Assembly: GCA_947569245.1 (NCBI GenBank)
Contig: CANORV010000002.1
Span: 1 to 43,423 of the forward strand
Length of the DNA: 43,423 bases
Direction: 5' to 3'
Source of the DNA: an uncultured Mycoplasmatota bacterium
GTDB lineage: Bacteria; Bacillota_I; Bacilli_A; RF39; UBA660
Positions within the stretch are counted from its first letter, which is position 1; each line of letters begins with the position of its first letter. The notes beneath the pieces are model-generated. The model saw only the letters and a program-made list of their open reading frames with translations. It was not told where the DNA came from and made no database searches. Positions 1 through 9,101 of this stretch are shown piece by piece. The position numbers were made by a program, and so were the translations under genes.

Positions 1-880
1 TAACTCAAATGGAATGTGGGTAGGAAAGTTTGAAACAAGTAAATCAAACACTGCACCAGATAACTCCATAAATGGAAATGGAGTACAGATAAAACCAAAT
101 GTAACAAGCTATCGAAATATTCAAGTAGGAAATGCTTTTTATACAAGTTACAATTACAAAAGAGAAATGGAATCCCATATGATGAAGAATAGTGAATGGG
201 GTGCTGTAGCCTACTTACAACATTCAAAATATGGTTCCGAGATGAGTGTTAGATTTAATAACAACAGTAACTTTATAACAGGATATTCATCAGTTAATGA
301 ACCAACATGTGGATATACTAATGATAACCGTGACTGTAATAAATATGGAACAACAAGTGATATAACACTTCCCTATAATACTGAAACAGGATACCTTGCA
401 TCAACTACTGGAAATATAACAGGTATATATGATATGTCAGGAGGAGCTTGGGAATATGTGATGGGAGTAATGACAGATTTAAGTGGTAAGCCATTATCAG
501 GAAGAAATACTGCCTATAATTCAGGATTTACTGGTAGTTTTGGAGAAGGAGGAAGCCTTTCATCAGGCTTATCATGGCCAGAAGAAAAATATTATGATAG
601 ATATGATTATGGTACAAGTCTATCAGATTATACAAGAGGCCACTTAGGGGATGCAACTGTAGAAATGGGACCATTTAAAAGTATAATATATGTCAATAAT
701 GTAGTAAGACAGATTAGTTCATGGTATGATGCTAATGCATTTTTTATTTATCCAACTGCTTCTTGGTTTGTTAGAGGTGGAGTTTGTTATCAGGGAATAG
801 AAGCTGGTACTTTTGCTTTTGCTGAAGATTATGGTTCATTACAGAACTATATTAGTTTTCGAGTTGTTTTAGCACCATAA
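1..880 (+). repeat. Tandem duplication, copy A (partner 1935-2814)
   Basis: Nucleotide x aligns with x+1934 with no indels, and both copies end at the stop codon (880 and 2814). The first 47 nt are identical. Confidence 0.9.
2..880 (+). CDS. FGE-sulfatase/SUMF1-like domain surface protein, C-terminal part (5' end lies off the window)
   Basis: The frame is open back to nt 2, and the residues NSNG precede the listed Met exactly as in the paralogue at 1936. Motifs GIYDMSGGAWEYVMG, WFVRGG and the C-terminal SFRVVL resemble the G(L/I)YDMxGNVWEW...RGG...GFR signature of the formylglycine-generating-enzyme family. Confidence 0.6.
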   Translation, partial: NSNGMWVGKFETSKSNTAPDNSINGNGVQIKPNVTSYRNIQVGNAFYTSYNYKREMESHMMKNSEWGAVAYLQHSKYGSEMSVRFNNNSNFITGYSSVNEPTCGYTNDNRDCNKYGTTSDITLPYNTETGYLASTTGNITGIYDMSGGAWEYVMGVMTDLSGKPLSGRNTAYNSGFTGSFGEGGSLSSGLSWPEEKYYDRYDYGTSLSDYTRGHLGDATVEMGPFKSIIYVNNVVRQISSWYDANAFFIYPTASWFVRGGVCYQGIEAGTFAFAEDYGSLQNYISFRVVLAP

Positions 881-934
881 TTTATATACTTATTAAAACA
901 AGTTTACTTGAAATAATAGTAAATTTTTTTTTGC

Positions 935-963
935 TTGCTAGCTGATAAAGAATAGAGTATAAT
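935..963 (+). promoter_or_regulatory. sigma-A type promoter for the 606-aa gene
   Basis: TTGCTA (935-940), 17-nt spacer, TATAAT (958-963). A T9 run lies just upstream. Confidence 0.5.
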
Positions 964-993
964 TTAATTATATAATAAAGGTAGGTATAAAAT

Positions 994-2814
994 ATGAAGA
1001 ATAAAAAAAATATCATAGTAGTTATAATGATAGTTTTAGCTGTTGTTTTAGTTGGTACAAGTTATGCTTTATGGCAAATTACTCTAACTCAAGAGTCAAC
1101 TAATGTAGTAACAACAGGTTGTTTTAATATAGAGTTTCAGGATAATAATCCAATTACTTTAGAAAATGCTATACCACTAACTGATGAAGAGGGTAGTAAA
1201 CTTACTCCATATTCATTTACTTTAACAAATACCTGTGATACTTTAGTAAAATATCAAATAAACTTAGAAGTATTAGATTCTACAACGCTAAATAATGAAT
1301 ATGTAAAAACAAAATTTGAAGATAAAAATCCTACTCAACTTACAGCTAATAATCTAGTTGTAAAAACACTTAGTAATACTTCTTTTTCTTATAATTTAGA
1401 TGAGGGAGTTTTAAGCAAAAAGGGAAGTAAAACATTTAATTTAAGACTATGGTTGAATGAAACAACAGAAGCAGTAGAGGATGCAATGAATAAAGTATTT
1501 GAAAGTAAGATTGTAGTAAATACTGTTCAAAGTATAGATAATTACACAGAAGATACTCTAAATGGAGCAGACCCAGTATTAAAAACAGACTTAATTCCAG
1601 TAACTATTGATAATGATGGAACTGTAAAAAAAGCAGATACTAAAGAAAAATGGTATAGTTATAGTGAAAAGATATGGGCTAATGCAGTAATACTAAAAGA
1701 TAAAACAAAGTCATATGCATTAAATACAGTAATACCAGAAAGTGATATTGAGTCATACTTTGTATGGATACCAAGATATAGGTATAAAATCTTTAATGAT
1801 GAGACTTATAGTGGTTTAACTGAAATAGAAGATAGAGATCAAACAATTGAGGTTGAATTTGAAACAAAAGATGTTGCACCATCAAATGGAACAAAAAAGA
1901 ATGAATGGTTAACGCATCCTGCCTTTACGTCTTTTAACTCAAATGGAATGTGGGTAGGAAAGTTTGAAACAAGTAAATCAAATAATGCATTAGATAATTC
2001 ATTTAATGCTATGGGAGTCCAGATAAAACCAAATGTAGTAAGCTATCGAAATATTCAGGTAGGAAATGCCTTTTATACAAGTTATTATTACCAAAGAGAA
2101 ATGGATTCTCATATGATGAAGAATAGTGAATGGGGAAGTGTAGCCTATTTACAGCATTCAAAATATGGTTCTATGACTAGTGTTAGGCTTAATAATAATA
2201 GTAATTATCTAACAGGATACGCAAGTGTTTCAGAACCAACATGTGGATATACAAATGATAATCGTGATTGTAATAAGTATGGAACAACAAGTGATATAAC
2301 AGTTCCTTATAATACCGAAACAGGATATCTTGCATCAACTACTGGAAATATAACAGGTATATATGATATGTCAGGTGGTGCTTGGGAATACGTCATGGGA
2401 ATAATGACAGATTCAAATGGTAAGCCATTATCAGGAAGAAGTGCTAGTAATAACTCAGGATTTACTGGTAGTTTTGGAGAAGGAGGTTCTCTTACATCAG
2501 GATACTCATGGCCAGAAGAAAAATATTATGATAAGTATGTGTATGGAACAAGTTATTCAGACTATACAAGAGGACATTTAGGAGACGCAACAGTAGAAAT
2601 GGGACCATTTAAGAGTATAATATATGCTGCTAATTTAACAAGACAAATTAGTTCTTGGTATACTAACTTTGCTTATTTTGTTGGTGCTGACACTCCTTGG
2701 ATTGTACGTGGTGGTGGAGACAATAGTGGTTCAGAGTCAGGTGTATTTGCATCTGGTAGTGATAATGGCTCAGTTCGTATCTACGGTGGTTTTAGAGTAG
2801 TCTTGACACCATAA
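994..2814 (+). CDS. Secreted or membrane-anchored protein with an N-terminal hydrophobic signal/anchor, a beta-rich middle region and a C-terminal FGE-sulfatase/SUMF1-like domain
   Basis: 606-aa ORF with RBS AGGTAGG upstream. The N-terminus is MKNKKNIIVVIMIVLAVVLVGTSYALW (signal/anchor, reminiscent of SipW/TasA-type leaders). C-terminal motifs are NSEWGSVAYL, GIYDMSGGAWEYVMG, WIVRGGG and GFRVVL. Confidence 0.65.
   Translation: MKNKKNIIVVIMIVLAVVLVGTSYALWQITLTQESTNVVTTGCFNIEFQDNNPITLENAIPLTDEEGSKLTPYSFTLTNTCDTLVKYQINLEVLDSTTLNNEYVKTKFEDKNPTQLTANNLVVKTLSNTSFSYNLDEGVLSKKGSKTFNLRLWLNETTEAVEDAMNKVFESKIVVNTVQSIDNYTEDTLNGADPVLKTDLIPVTIDNDGTVKKADTKEKWYSYSEKIWANAVILKDKTKSYALNTVIPESDIESYFVWIPRYRYKIFNDETYSGLTEIEDRDQTIEVEFETKDVAPSNGTKKNEWLTHPAFTSFNSNGMWVGKFETSKSNNALDNSFNAMGVQIKPNVVSYRNIQVGNAFYTSYYYQREMDSHMMKNSEWGSVAYLQHSKYGSMTSVRLNNNSNYLTGYASVSEPTCGYTNDNRDCNKYGTTSDITVPYNTETGYLASTTGNITGIYDMSGGAWEYVMGIMTDSNGKPLSGRSASNNSGFTGSFGEGGSLTSGYSWPEEKYYDKYVYGTSYSDYTRGHLGDATVEMGPFKSIIYAANLTRQISSWYTNFAYFVGADTPWIVRGGGDNSGSESGVFASGSDNGSVRIYGGFRVVLTP
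1935..2814 (+). repeat. Tandem duplication, copy B (partner 1-880)
   Basis: See copy A. Similarity is high through about codon 225 of the shared domain, and the last ~60 codons have diverged. Confidence 0.9.
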
Positions 2815-2902
2815 TTATTATTGACTTTAAACTCCTTATATTTAGTATTTGTTAGAAAGAAAGTTTTACTATTTTTTTAAGTAATAAAACTATCTTTTTT
2901 TG

Positions 2903-2911
2903 TGTTATAAT
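2903..2911 (+). promoter_or_regulatory. Extended -10 promoter element (TGTTATAAT)
   Basis: A TGnTATAAT match lies 22 nt upstream of the ATG at 2933. It falls inside the TTG-started N-terminal extension of the listed ORF, which argues for the shorter start. Confidence 0.5.
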
Positions 2912-2932
2912 GTTTTTGGAGAAATGATTTCT

Positions 2933-4030
2933 ATGAAAAATAAAAAAGATGAAAAAGAAACTATTGAATTGGCAATTGAAAAAACTGATAACTTATGTGA
3001 TAATTATCTTAATGATAATCAATTTGTAATAAGTAAAATTTTTATTGAAGAGAAAAAAATTCAATTACTTATCGATCAGATGTATCAAGTTAGTGATATT
3101 AAAGATATAGATAAAAAACAAGATGTTATTTATCGAGATATTCTTCTTTTGAAGAGAGAATTGAATAATTTTATTAAATTAATATCAACAGATTCTTTTG
3201 GTGAATTTTTTGATAATTATACCAAACTTGTGATTGAAAAATATAAGCAATTACTTAACGATGCCGTTTTTTTAAATATAGAAGAAAGTGCTAATTATAA
3301 AGATAGTAAAAGTGGAAAAGAAAAAATAGATAATACTTTTAAGATGCTAGATGAAATTTACAAAACTAATAACGATTTACAAGTTTATTCTTTATCTAAG
3401 TTAGAAACACTTAACGTTAGAGATAAACAAATTTTAAAAGTAGATAAAAACTTAGATGATATCAGCTTGATACTTAGAGATATTGATGTTTTAAGATATG
3501 AACAAGAAAAAAATATTCAGAGGTTAGTAAATAATATTGAAAACTCTACTTCAACTGTTAAAAAAGTTCAAAATGTTGTTGATACTAGTAATCAAGTTTT
3601 AGACTCTTTTCTTTTAAATGTTCTTGCAGCTAAGATGATTCCTAAAAAAAGTGTTAGATACTCATTTCTAGCATTAGAAACATTAAAGTTTATGGGTAGG
3701 GTAATGAGTCCTAGGATAAAAGAAGAAGAAATAGATTTAATTCAAGTAGTTGATTACAGTTATGATATTTACTCTATATTAAATGATGTAGAAAAGATTA
3801 GCTACATGCTTGATAATATAAGTAGAGAAGTTGTTTTAGTTAAAGATAAATTTATTGCTGATTTTTTTCAATATAAAGGCTTGATAGCAGAATATGATTC
3901 AGTTATAGAAAAACTTGATTTAATTCTTTTTACAATAGATAAAGAGAAGGAAGAGATTAATAGTAGTAAGGAAGAATTAAAAAAACAAGAAAATATTAAT
4001 TATGAAAAAGTTAAAACAAGGACAATATGA
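2933..4030 (+). CDS. Hypothetical Lys/Glu/Asp-rich helical (coiled-coil-like) protein
   Basis: Long ORF. GGAGA at 2918-2922 is about 10 nt from the ATG at 2933, whereas the listed TTG at 2900 overlaps the -10 box. I recognise no family motif. Confidence 0.6.
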   Translation: MKNKKDEKETIELAIEKTDNLCDNYLNDNQFVISKIFIEEKKIQLLIDQMYQVSDIKDIDKKQDVIYRDILLLKRELNNFIKLISTDSFGEFFDNYTKLVIEKYKQLLNDAVFLNIEESANYKDSKSGKEKIDNTFKMLDEIYKTNNDLQVYSLSKLETLNVRDKQILKVDKNLDDISLILRDIDVLRYEQEKNIQRLVNNIENSTSTVKKVQNVVDTSNQVLDSFLLNVLAAKMIPKKSVRYSFLALETLKFMGRVMSPRIKEEEIDLIQVVDYSYDIYSILNDVEKISYMLDNISREVVLVKDKFIADFFQYKGLIAEYDSVIEKLDLILFTIDKEKEEINSSKEELKKQENINYEKVKTRTI

Positions 4031-4044
4031 AGTTATAAAATAAA

Positions 4045-4079
4045 AGTAGACAGATAAAAAAGAACTGTTTACTTTTTTC
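4045..4079 (+). terminator. Rho-independent terminator
   Basis: Stem AGTAGACAG / CTGTTTACT (one G-U pair) followed by TTTTTT. Confidence 0.7.
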
Positions 4080-4126
4080 TTTTATCTAAATTTGTTTTAT
4101 GATAAAATATAAATGGTGATTAAAGC

Positions 4127-5932
4127 ATGGAAAATATTAGAAACTTTTCAATTATTGCACATATAGATCATGGTAAAAGTACTTTAGCAGATAGGATTCT
4201 TGAATTAACTGGTGCTGTTTCTAAAAGAGAAAGTAAAGAACAAATGCTAGATTCTATGGATATTGAAAGAGAAAGAGGTATAACAATAAAACTAAATGCT
4301 GTTTGTTTAAAGTATACCTATAAAGATAAGCAATATACATTGCATTTGATAGATACTCCAGGGCATGTTGATTTTTCATATGAAGTAAGTAGAAGTCTTG
4401 CAGCATGTGAAGGAGCAATTTTAGTAGTTGATGCATCTCAAGGAATTGAGGCACAAACATTAGCTAATTTGTATTTAGCTATGGAAAACGATTTAACAAT
4501 TATTCCGGTTATCAATAAAATTGATTTACCTGGTGCTGATATTGATAAAGTAAAACGTGAACTTATCGACACACTTGGTTTTAGTGATGATGAAATTATT
4601 TTAACTAGTGCTAAAACAGGAGTTGGAATCGATAAGTTATTAGAAGCTATTATTCTTAGGATTAAACCACCTAAAGGAGATAAAGAAAAAAAATTACAAG
4701 CTTTAATATTCGATAGCTATTTTGATCCTTATCGTGGTGTTGTAATACTTATTAGAATTGTTAATGGTACTTTAAGAGTGCAAGATAAGATTAAATTGAT
4801 GAAAACAGGTGCAACTTATCAAGTAGTTGATGTTGGTGTTATGAGGCCAAAAGAAGAGAAAAGACAAGCTTTAGAAGCTGGTGATGTTGGTTTTATTACA
4901 GCTGCTATTAAGGATATTTCTGATATTAAAGTAGGAGATACAATAACACTTGATGGGGATGAGTGTGACTTTGCTCTTTCTGGGTATAAGCCAATGAAAT
5001 CAATGGTTTTTTGTGGACTTTTTCCAGTTGAAGCTAATAAGTTTGAAGACCTTAGAGAGGCTTTAAATAAACTTAAATTAAACGATGCTTCCTTATTGTT
5101 TGAACCTGAAACATCTAAAGCCTTAGGATTTGGTTTTAGATGTGGATTTCTGGGACTTTTACATATGGAAATAATTGAAGAAAGAATCGAAAGAGAATTT
5201 GGTATTGATATTATTGCAACTAGTCCTTCTGTTATATATGAGGTTCATCTTACTGATGAAAGTGTTATTGAAGTTGATTCTCCAAGTAAACTTCCAGATA
5301 GACAAAGAATTAAAATGATAAAAGAACCATTTATTAAAACTAATATTTTTACTCCTAGTGAGTATATTGGTCCGATTATGGATTTGTGTCAGGAAAAGCG
5401 TGGAATTTATAGTTCTATGGATTATATAGATCCAACTAGAGTAAATATTCATTATGAACTTCCTCTTTCAGAAATTGTTTATGATTTTTTTGATAAATTG
5501 AAATCGTATACTAAGGGGTATGCTTCATTTGATTACGAACTTATTGGTAATAGAGAAAGTGATTTAGTAAAAATGGATATTTTATTAAATGGTGATGTTG
5601 TTGATGCCTTGAGTACAATTGTTCATAAAGATTTTGCCTATCAAAGAGGTAAACTTATTGTAGAAAATTTAAAAGAATTAATTCCAAGACAATTGTTTGA
5701 GGTACCAATTCAAGCAAGTATTGGAAATAAGGTTGTGGCAAGGACTGATATTAAAGCACTTCGTAAAGATGTTTTAGCTAAATGTTATGGTGGAGATATT
5801 ACAAGAAAAAGAAAACTACTTGAAAAACAAAAAGAAGGTAAAAAACGTATGAAGAGAGTAGGAAGCATTGAAATACCACAAGAAGCTTTTTTAGCTGTTT
5901 TAAGTATGGATAGTGGTAAGGAGAATAAATAG
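4127..5932 (+). CDS. lepA: Translation elongation factor 4 (LepA)
   Basis: GTPase motifs [25 protein letters not shown] and NKIDL. Length of 601 aa and the conserved LepA C-terminus ([19 protein letters not shown]). Confidence 0.97.
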   Translation: MENIRNFSIIAHIDHGKSTLADRILELTGAVSKRESKEQMLDSMDIERERGITIKLNAVCLKYTYKDKQYTLHLIDTPGHVDFSYEVSRSLAACEGAILVVDASQGIEAQTLANLYLAMENDLTIIPVINKIDLPGADIDKVKRELIDTLGFSDDEIILTSAKTGVGIDKLLEAIILRIKPPKGDKEKKLQALIFDSYFDPYRGVVILIRIVNGTLRVQDKIKLMKTGATYQVVDVGVMRPKEEKRQALEAGDVGFITAAIKDISDIKVGDTITLDGDECDFALSGYKPMKSMVFCGLFPVEANKFEDLREALNKLKLNDASLLFEPETSKALGFGFRCGFLGLLHMEIIEERIEREFGIDIIATSPSVIYEVHLTDESVIEVDSPSKLPDRQRIKMIKEPFIKTNIFTPSEYIGPIMDLCQEKRGIYSSMDYIDPTRVNIHYELPLSEIVYDFFDKLKSYTKGYASFDYELIGNRESDLVKMDILLNGDVVDALSTIVHKDFAYQRGKLIVENLKELIPRQLFEVPIQASIGNKVVARTDIKALRKDVLAKCYGGDITRKRKLLEKQKEGKKRMKRVGSIEIPQEAFLAVLSMDSGKENK

Positions 5933-5934
5933 TT

Positions 5935-6408
5935 ATGAAAACAAGTAAAATAGAAAAAAATAAAACACATAAGAAGAAAAATCGTGCTTCGATTGAATTA
6001 TCAGAATTTAAAAAATTTATAATGCGTGGAAATATTGTTGATATGGCTGTTGGTGTTATTATTGGTTCTAGCTTTAGTAGTATCGTAACAAGTTTAGTTA
6101 ATGATATTTTAATGCCAGTTATTGGGGTATTTCTAGGAGGTGTTGATTTTACTAGTTTAAAAGTTACTGTATTAAATGATGCTGTTATTAGTTATGGAAC
6201 TTTTATTCAAAATGTTATCAATTTTTTAATAATTGCTTTTAGTGTTTTCTTATTTGTTAAAATAGTAAATAGTATATTAGATAGATTTAGAGAAAAAAAA
6301 GAAGATGAGAGGGAAAATAAACCTAAGAAAAGTGATGAAGTAGTTCTTCTTGAAGAAATTCGTGATTTGTTAAAAGAAGAAAGAGGAAAAAATGTCAAAA
6401 GAAAATAA
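5935..6408 (+). CDS. mscL: Large-conductance mechanosensitive channel MscL, with a basic N-terminal extension
   Basis: Signature FKKFIMRGNIVDMAVGVIIGSSF, two TM helices and a charged tail. RBS AAGGAGA lies 11 nt upstream. Confidence 0.85.
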   Translation: MKTSKIEKNKTHKKKNRASIELSEFKKFIMRGNIVDMAVGVIIGSSFSSIVTSLVNDILMPVIGVFLGGVDFTSLKVTVLNDAVISYGTFIQNVINFLIIAFSVFLFVKIVNSILDRFREKKEDERENKPKKSDEVVLLEEIRDLLKEERGKNVKRK

Positions 6409-7507
6409 GATAAAGAGTATGTATATACATATTCCGTTTTGTGATACTATTTGTTCTTATTGTGACTTTTGTAAAATGTTTTATAATGAAAAATTAGTTG
6501 ATAGGTATTTAGATGCTTTAAAAGAAGAAATTTTAGAAAACTATAGGGGTGAAGTTTTAGACACTTTATATATAGGTGGTGGAACACCTAGTAGCTTGAG
6601 TGCTTCACAGTTAAAAAAATTATTTTGTGTTTTAAGTTCTATTAAACTTAATAAAGAATGTGAATTTACTATGGAAGTAACAATTGACTCTTTGACGCAT
6701 GAAAAAATTGATATTTTAAAAGAAAATGGTGTTAATCGAGTTAGTATTGGTGTTCAAACAATTAATGAAAAGTTTTTTAAGTTTTTAAATCGTAAAACTG
6801 ATAAAGATAAGCTTATTGAAGATATCAATTATTTAAAATCTGTTCAAATTGATAATATTAATCTCGATTTAATGTATGCTTTGAAGGATGAAACAATCGA
6901 AGATGTCTTGAATGATTTAGATTTTTTTATTAGTTTAGATGTAAAACATATTTCTACTTATTCTTTGATTTTAGAAGAAAATACAATGCTTTATATTAAT
7001 AAGTATTCTTTAATAGATAGTAATATTGATAGAAAAATGTATGATGTTATTTGCAAAAAGCTCAAACAAAATGGTTATATTCATTACGAAGTTAGTAATT
7101 TTTCTAAAGAGGGATATTTATCAAAACATAATATGACATATTGGAATAATGATAGATATTATGGTTTTGGACTTGGTAGTAGTGGGTATATAAATAATAT
7201 AAGGTATACTAATACTAGAAGTATCAATAGTTATATACATAAAAAATTTAGATATTTAGAGGAAGTAATTGATAGTAAGAGTGATATGGAAAATGAGATT
7301 ATGCTTAATCTTAGAACGGCTAGAGGTTTAAGTAAAGAGAAATTTTGTGAAAAATTTAATAAGGATATATTAGCTTTGTTTGATATTAAGTTTTTAATAG
7401 ATGATAATATTCTTATTGATGATGGTAAATTTTTAAGAGTTAGTGATCAGTATTTTTATGTTCTTAATAATATTTTAGTAAAAATATTTGCAAATGCTAA
7501 TTGTTAG
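6392..7507 (+). CDS. hemW: Radical-SAM heme chaperone HemW (HemN-like, oxygen-independent coproporphyrinogen oxidase family)
   Basis: CxxxCxxC motif in YIHIPFCDTICSYCDF, plus YIGGGTPS. It follows lepA as in Bacillus and overlaps the mscL stop by 17 nt. Confidence 0.85.
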   Translation: MSKENKIKSMYIHIPFCDTICSYCDFCKMFYNEKLVDRYLDALKEEILENYRGEVLDTLYIGGGTPSSLSASQLKKLFCVLSSIKLNKECEFTMEVTIDSLTHEKIDILKENGVNRVSIGVQTINEKFFKFLNRKTDKDKLIEDINYLKSVQIDNINLDLMYALKDETIEDVLNDLDFFISLDVKHISTYSLILEENTMLYINKYSLIDSNIDRKMYDVICKKLKQNGYIHYEVSNFSKEGYLSKHNMTYWNNDRYYGFGLGSSGYINNIRYTNTRSINSYIHKKFRYLEEVIDSKSDMENEIMLNLRTARGLSKEKFCEKFNKDILALFDIKFLIDDNILIDDGKFLRVSDQYFYVLNNILVKIFANANC

Positions 7508-7523
7508 AAATAGTAAAATATTA

Positions 7524-7552
7524 TTGACGAACAGATGTTTTCTTTGTATAAT
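7524..7552 (+). promoter_or_regulatory. sigma-A type promoter
   Basis: TTGACG (7524-7529), 17-nt spacer, TATAAT (7547-7552). Confidence 0.6.
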
Positions 7553-7610
7553 TGAATAGAAGTAAATAACGTGTTCTATAAGCTTGTTATAGATAATGTG
7601 AGGTGTAATC

Positions 7611-8192
7611 ATGAATAAAAATATAGCATTTGATCAGGAAGTAAACTTTATTAAAGATGATAGACTTGCTTCCTCTTTAAGAAAATTGATTTTATTACTT
7701 CCTGATTATTTTTTTGAAGTTCCTGCTACTTCTACTGGTAAGTATCATCCATCTTTTGCACAAGGTGATGGTGGCTTAGTAAGACATACTAAAGTTGCTG
7801 TAAGGATTGCCTATGAACTTTTACAAAATCCACTTATCGGAGGTAAGTATACAGATAATGAGAAGGATTTAATGTTAATTGCTTTGGTTATTCATGATGG
7901 AATTAAATCTGGAATGCCTAAAGAAAAATATACCCGAGTAGATCATCCTCTTTTGAGTGGTAAGTTTTTAGAGGATAATAAGGCTTCATTAAGTTTTACT
8001 GATAGTGAAATTGAATTTTTAAAAGATGTTATTGCTAGTCATATGGGAATTTGGAATAAGGATTTTAATGGTAATGAGGTTCTTCCAATTCCTAAGACAA
8101 AATATCAAAATTTTGTTCATATGTGTGATTATTTATCTAGTAAGAAATTCTTGGATGTTAAGTTTGATGAAAATAATAATATATTATCTTAA
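7611..8192 (+). CDS. HD-domain metal-dependent phosphohydrolase
   Basis: H...HD pattern (VRHTKVAV ... LVIHDGIK ... DH). RBS GTGAGGTG upstream. Confidence 0.6.
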   Translation: MNKNIAFDQEVNFIKDDRLASSLRKLILLLPDYFFEVPATSTGKYHPSFAQGDGGLVRHTKVAVRIAYELLQNPLIGGKYTDNEKDLMLIALVIHDGIKSGMPKEKYTRVDHPLLSGKFLEDNKASLSFTDSEIEFLKDVIASHMGIWNKDFNGNEVLPIPKTKYQNFVHMCDYLSSKKFLDVKFDENNNILS

Positions 8193-8224
8193 GTTTATGT
8201 AGTTGAAGGAGTTGAATACTGATT

Positions 8225-8905
8225 ATGAATAAAGGAAAAATAATTGTAATTGAGGGAACTGATTGCTCTGGTAAGGAAACACAAAGTAAGCTTCTCGTTC
8301 AAAATTTAAAAAAGCTAGGAAAAAAAGCAATTATGATATCATTTCCAAGGTATGATACACCAACTGGAAAAATTGTTGGTGGTCCATATTTAGGTAGAAA
8401 AGACATTTGTAATTGCTATTTTGAGGAGGGAGCTGTTAAAGTTGATCCTAAGATTTCTTGTTTATATTATGCTGCAGATAGAAAGTATAATATTGAAGAG
8501 GTTTTAAAGTATGTTAATGATGGTTATTATGTTATACTTGATCGTTATACATCTTCAAATATGGCTCATCAAGGATGTAAAATTTTGAATAAAGATGATC
8601 GATTTAATATGTTTCAATGGATTGATAAATTAGAGTATTGGTTACTTGAATTACCAAAACCTGATAAGACAATTTTTCTTTATGTTCCCTATGATTATAG
8701 TAAAAAATTAAAATGTCAGAGACAAGATGCATTATTAGATGATGAACATGAAAAAAATGAAGAATATCTTATTAATTCTTTTAACTGTTATTTAGAATTG
8801 TCTGAGTTATATAATTGGGATAGGGTAAATTGTATAGGCAATGAAGGTTTAAAATCAATTGATGAAATTGGTAAAGATGTCTTAAATTGTGTTATTCAAA
8901 AATAA
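8225..8905 (+). CDS. tmk: dTMP (thymidylate) kinase
   Basis: P-loop IVIEGTDCSGKETQ and the DRYTSSNMAHQG motif typical of Tmk. Somewhat longer than the canonical enzyme. Confidence 0.75.
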   Translation: MNKGKIIVIEGTDCSGKETQSKLLVQNLKKLGKKAIMISFPRYDTPTGKIVGGPYLGRKDICNCYFEEGAVKVDPKISCLYYAADRKYNIEEVLKYVNDGYYVILDRYTSSNMAHQGCKILNKDDRFNMFQWIDKLEYWLLELPKPDKTIFLYVPYDYSKKLKCQRQDALLDDEHEKNEEYLINSFNCYLELSELYNWDRVNCIGNEGLKSIDEIGKDVLNCVIQK

Positions 8906-9021
8906 TATATATCATTAAAATTTTGTCAATTATAAATTTTTAGTTGTTTCCTTTTGCAAATTAAAAGTATTGACTCTTTACCAAATTGTTTGTAATTAGG
9001 TAAGTAAGTGATTAATTAAGG

Positions 9022-9057
9022 ACATTAGTTGGATAAATTTTAACTAATGTTTTTTTA
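9022..9057 (+). terminator. Rho-independent terminator
   Basis: Perfect 9-bp stem ACATTAGTT / AACTAATGT followed by TTTTTTT. Confidence 0.75.
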
Positions 9058-9065
9058 TCGGATTA

Positions 9066-9090
9066 AATAAAAAAAGTACCTTAAAGGTAC
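9066..9090 (-). terminator. Weak terminator for the ATPase gene
   Basis: Short GTACC/GGTAC stem, followed on the minus strand by a T-run. The stem is only 5 bp. Confidence 0.35.
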
Positions 9091-9101
9091 CAAAGATAAA
9101 T

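Noticed and set aside
924-1012. Homopolymer tracts (T9 upstream of the -35 box at 924-932, and an A8 run in codons 3-6 of the 606-aa gene) as possible phase-variation switches
   Set aside because: A/T runs of 8-10 nt occur throughout this genome, including in housekeeping genes (for example the starts of several ORFs). The T-run lies outside the promoter spacer. A single sequence gives no evidence of length variation.
4254-5970. Three minus-strand ORFs (4254-4460, 5159-5452, 5785-5970) inside lepA
   Set aside because: They are antisense to a confidently identified gene. Their products are low-complexity Leu/Phe/Ile-rich sequences typical of shadow ORFs in AT-rich DNA, and they have no RBS.
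8970-9057. Possible small RNA: TTGACT-17-TAATTA followed about 25 nt later by the strong terminator at 9022-9057
   Set aside because: The -10 hexamer is poor, and the terminator is adequately explained as the tmk terminator. Without expression data this cannot be called.
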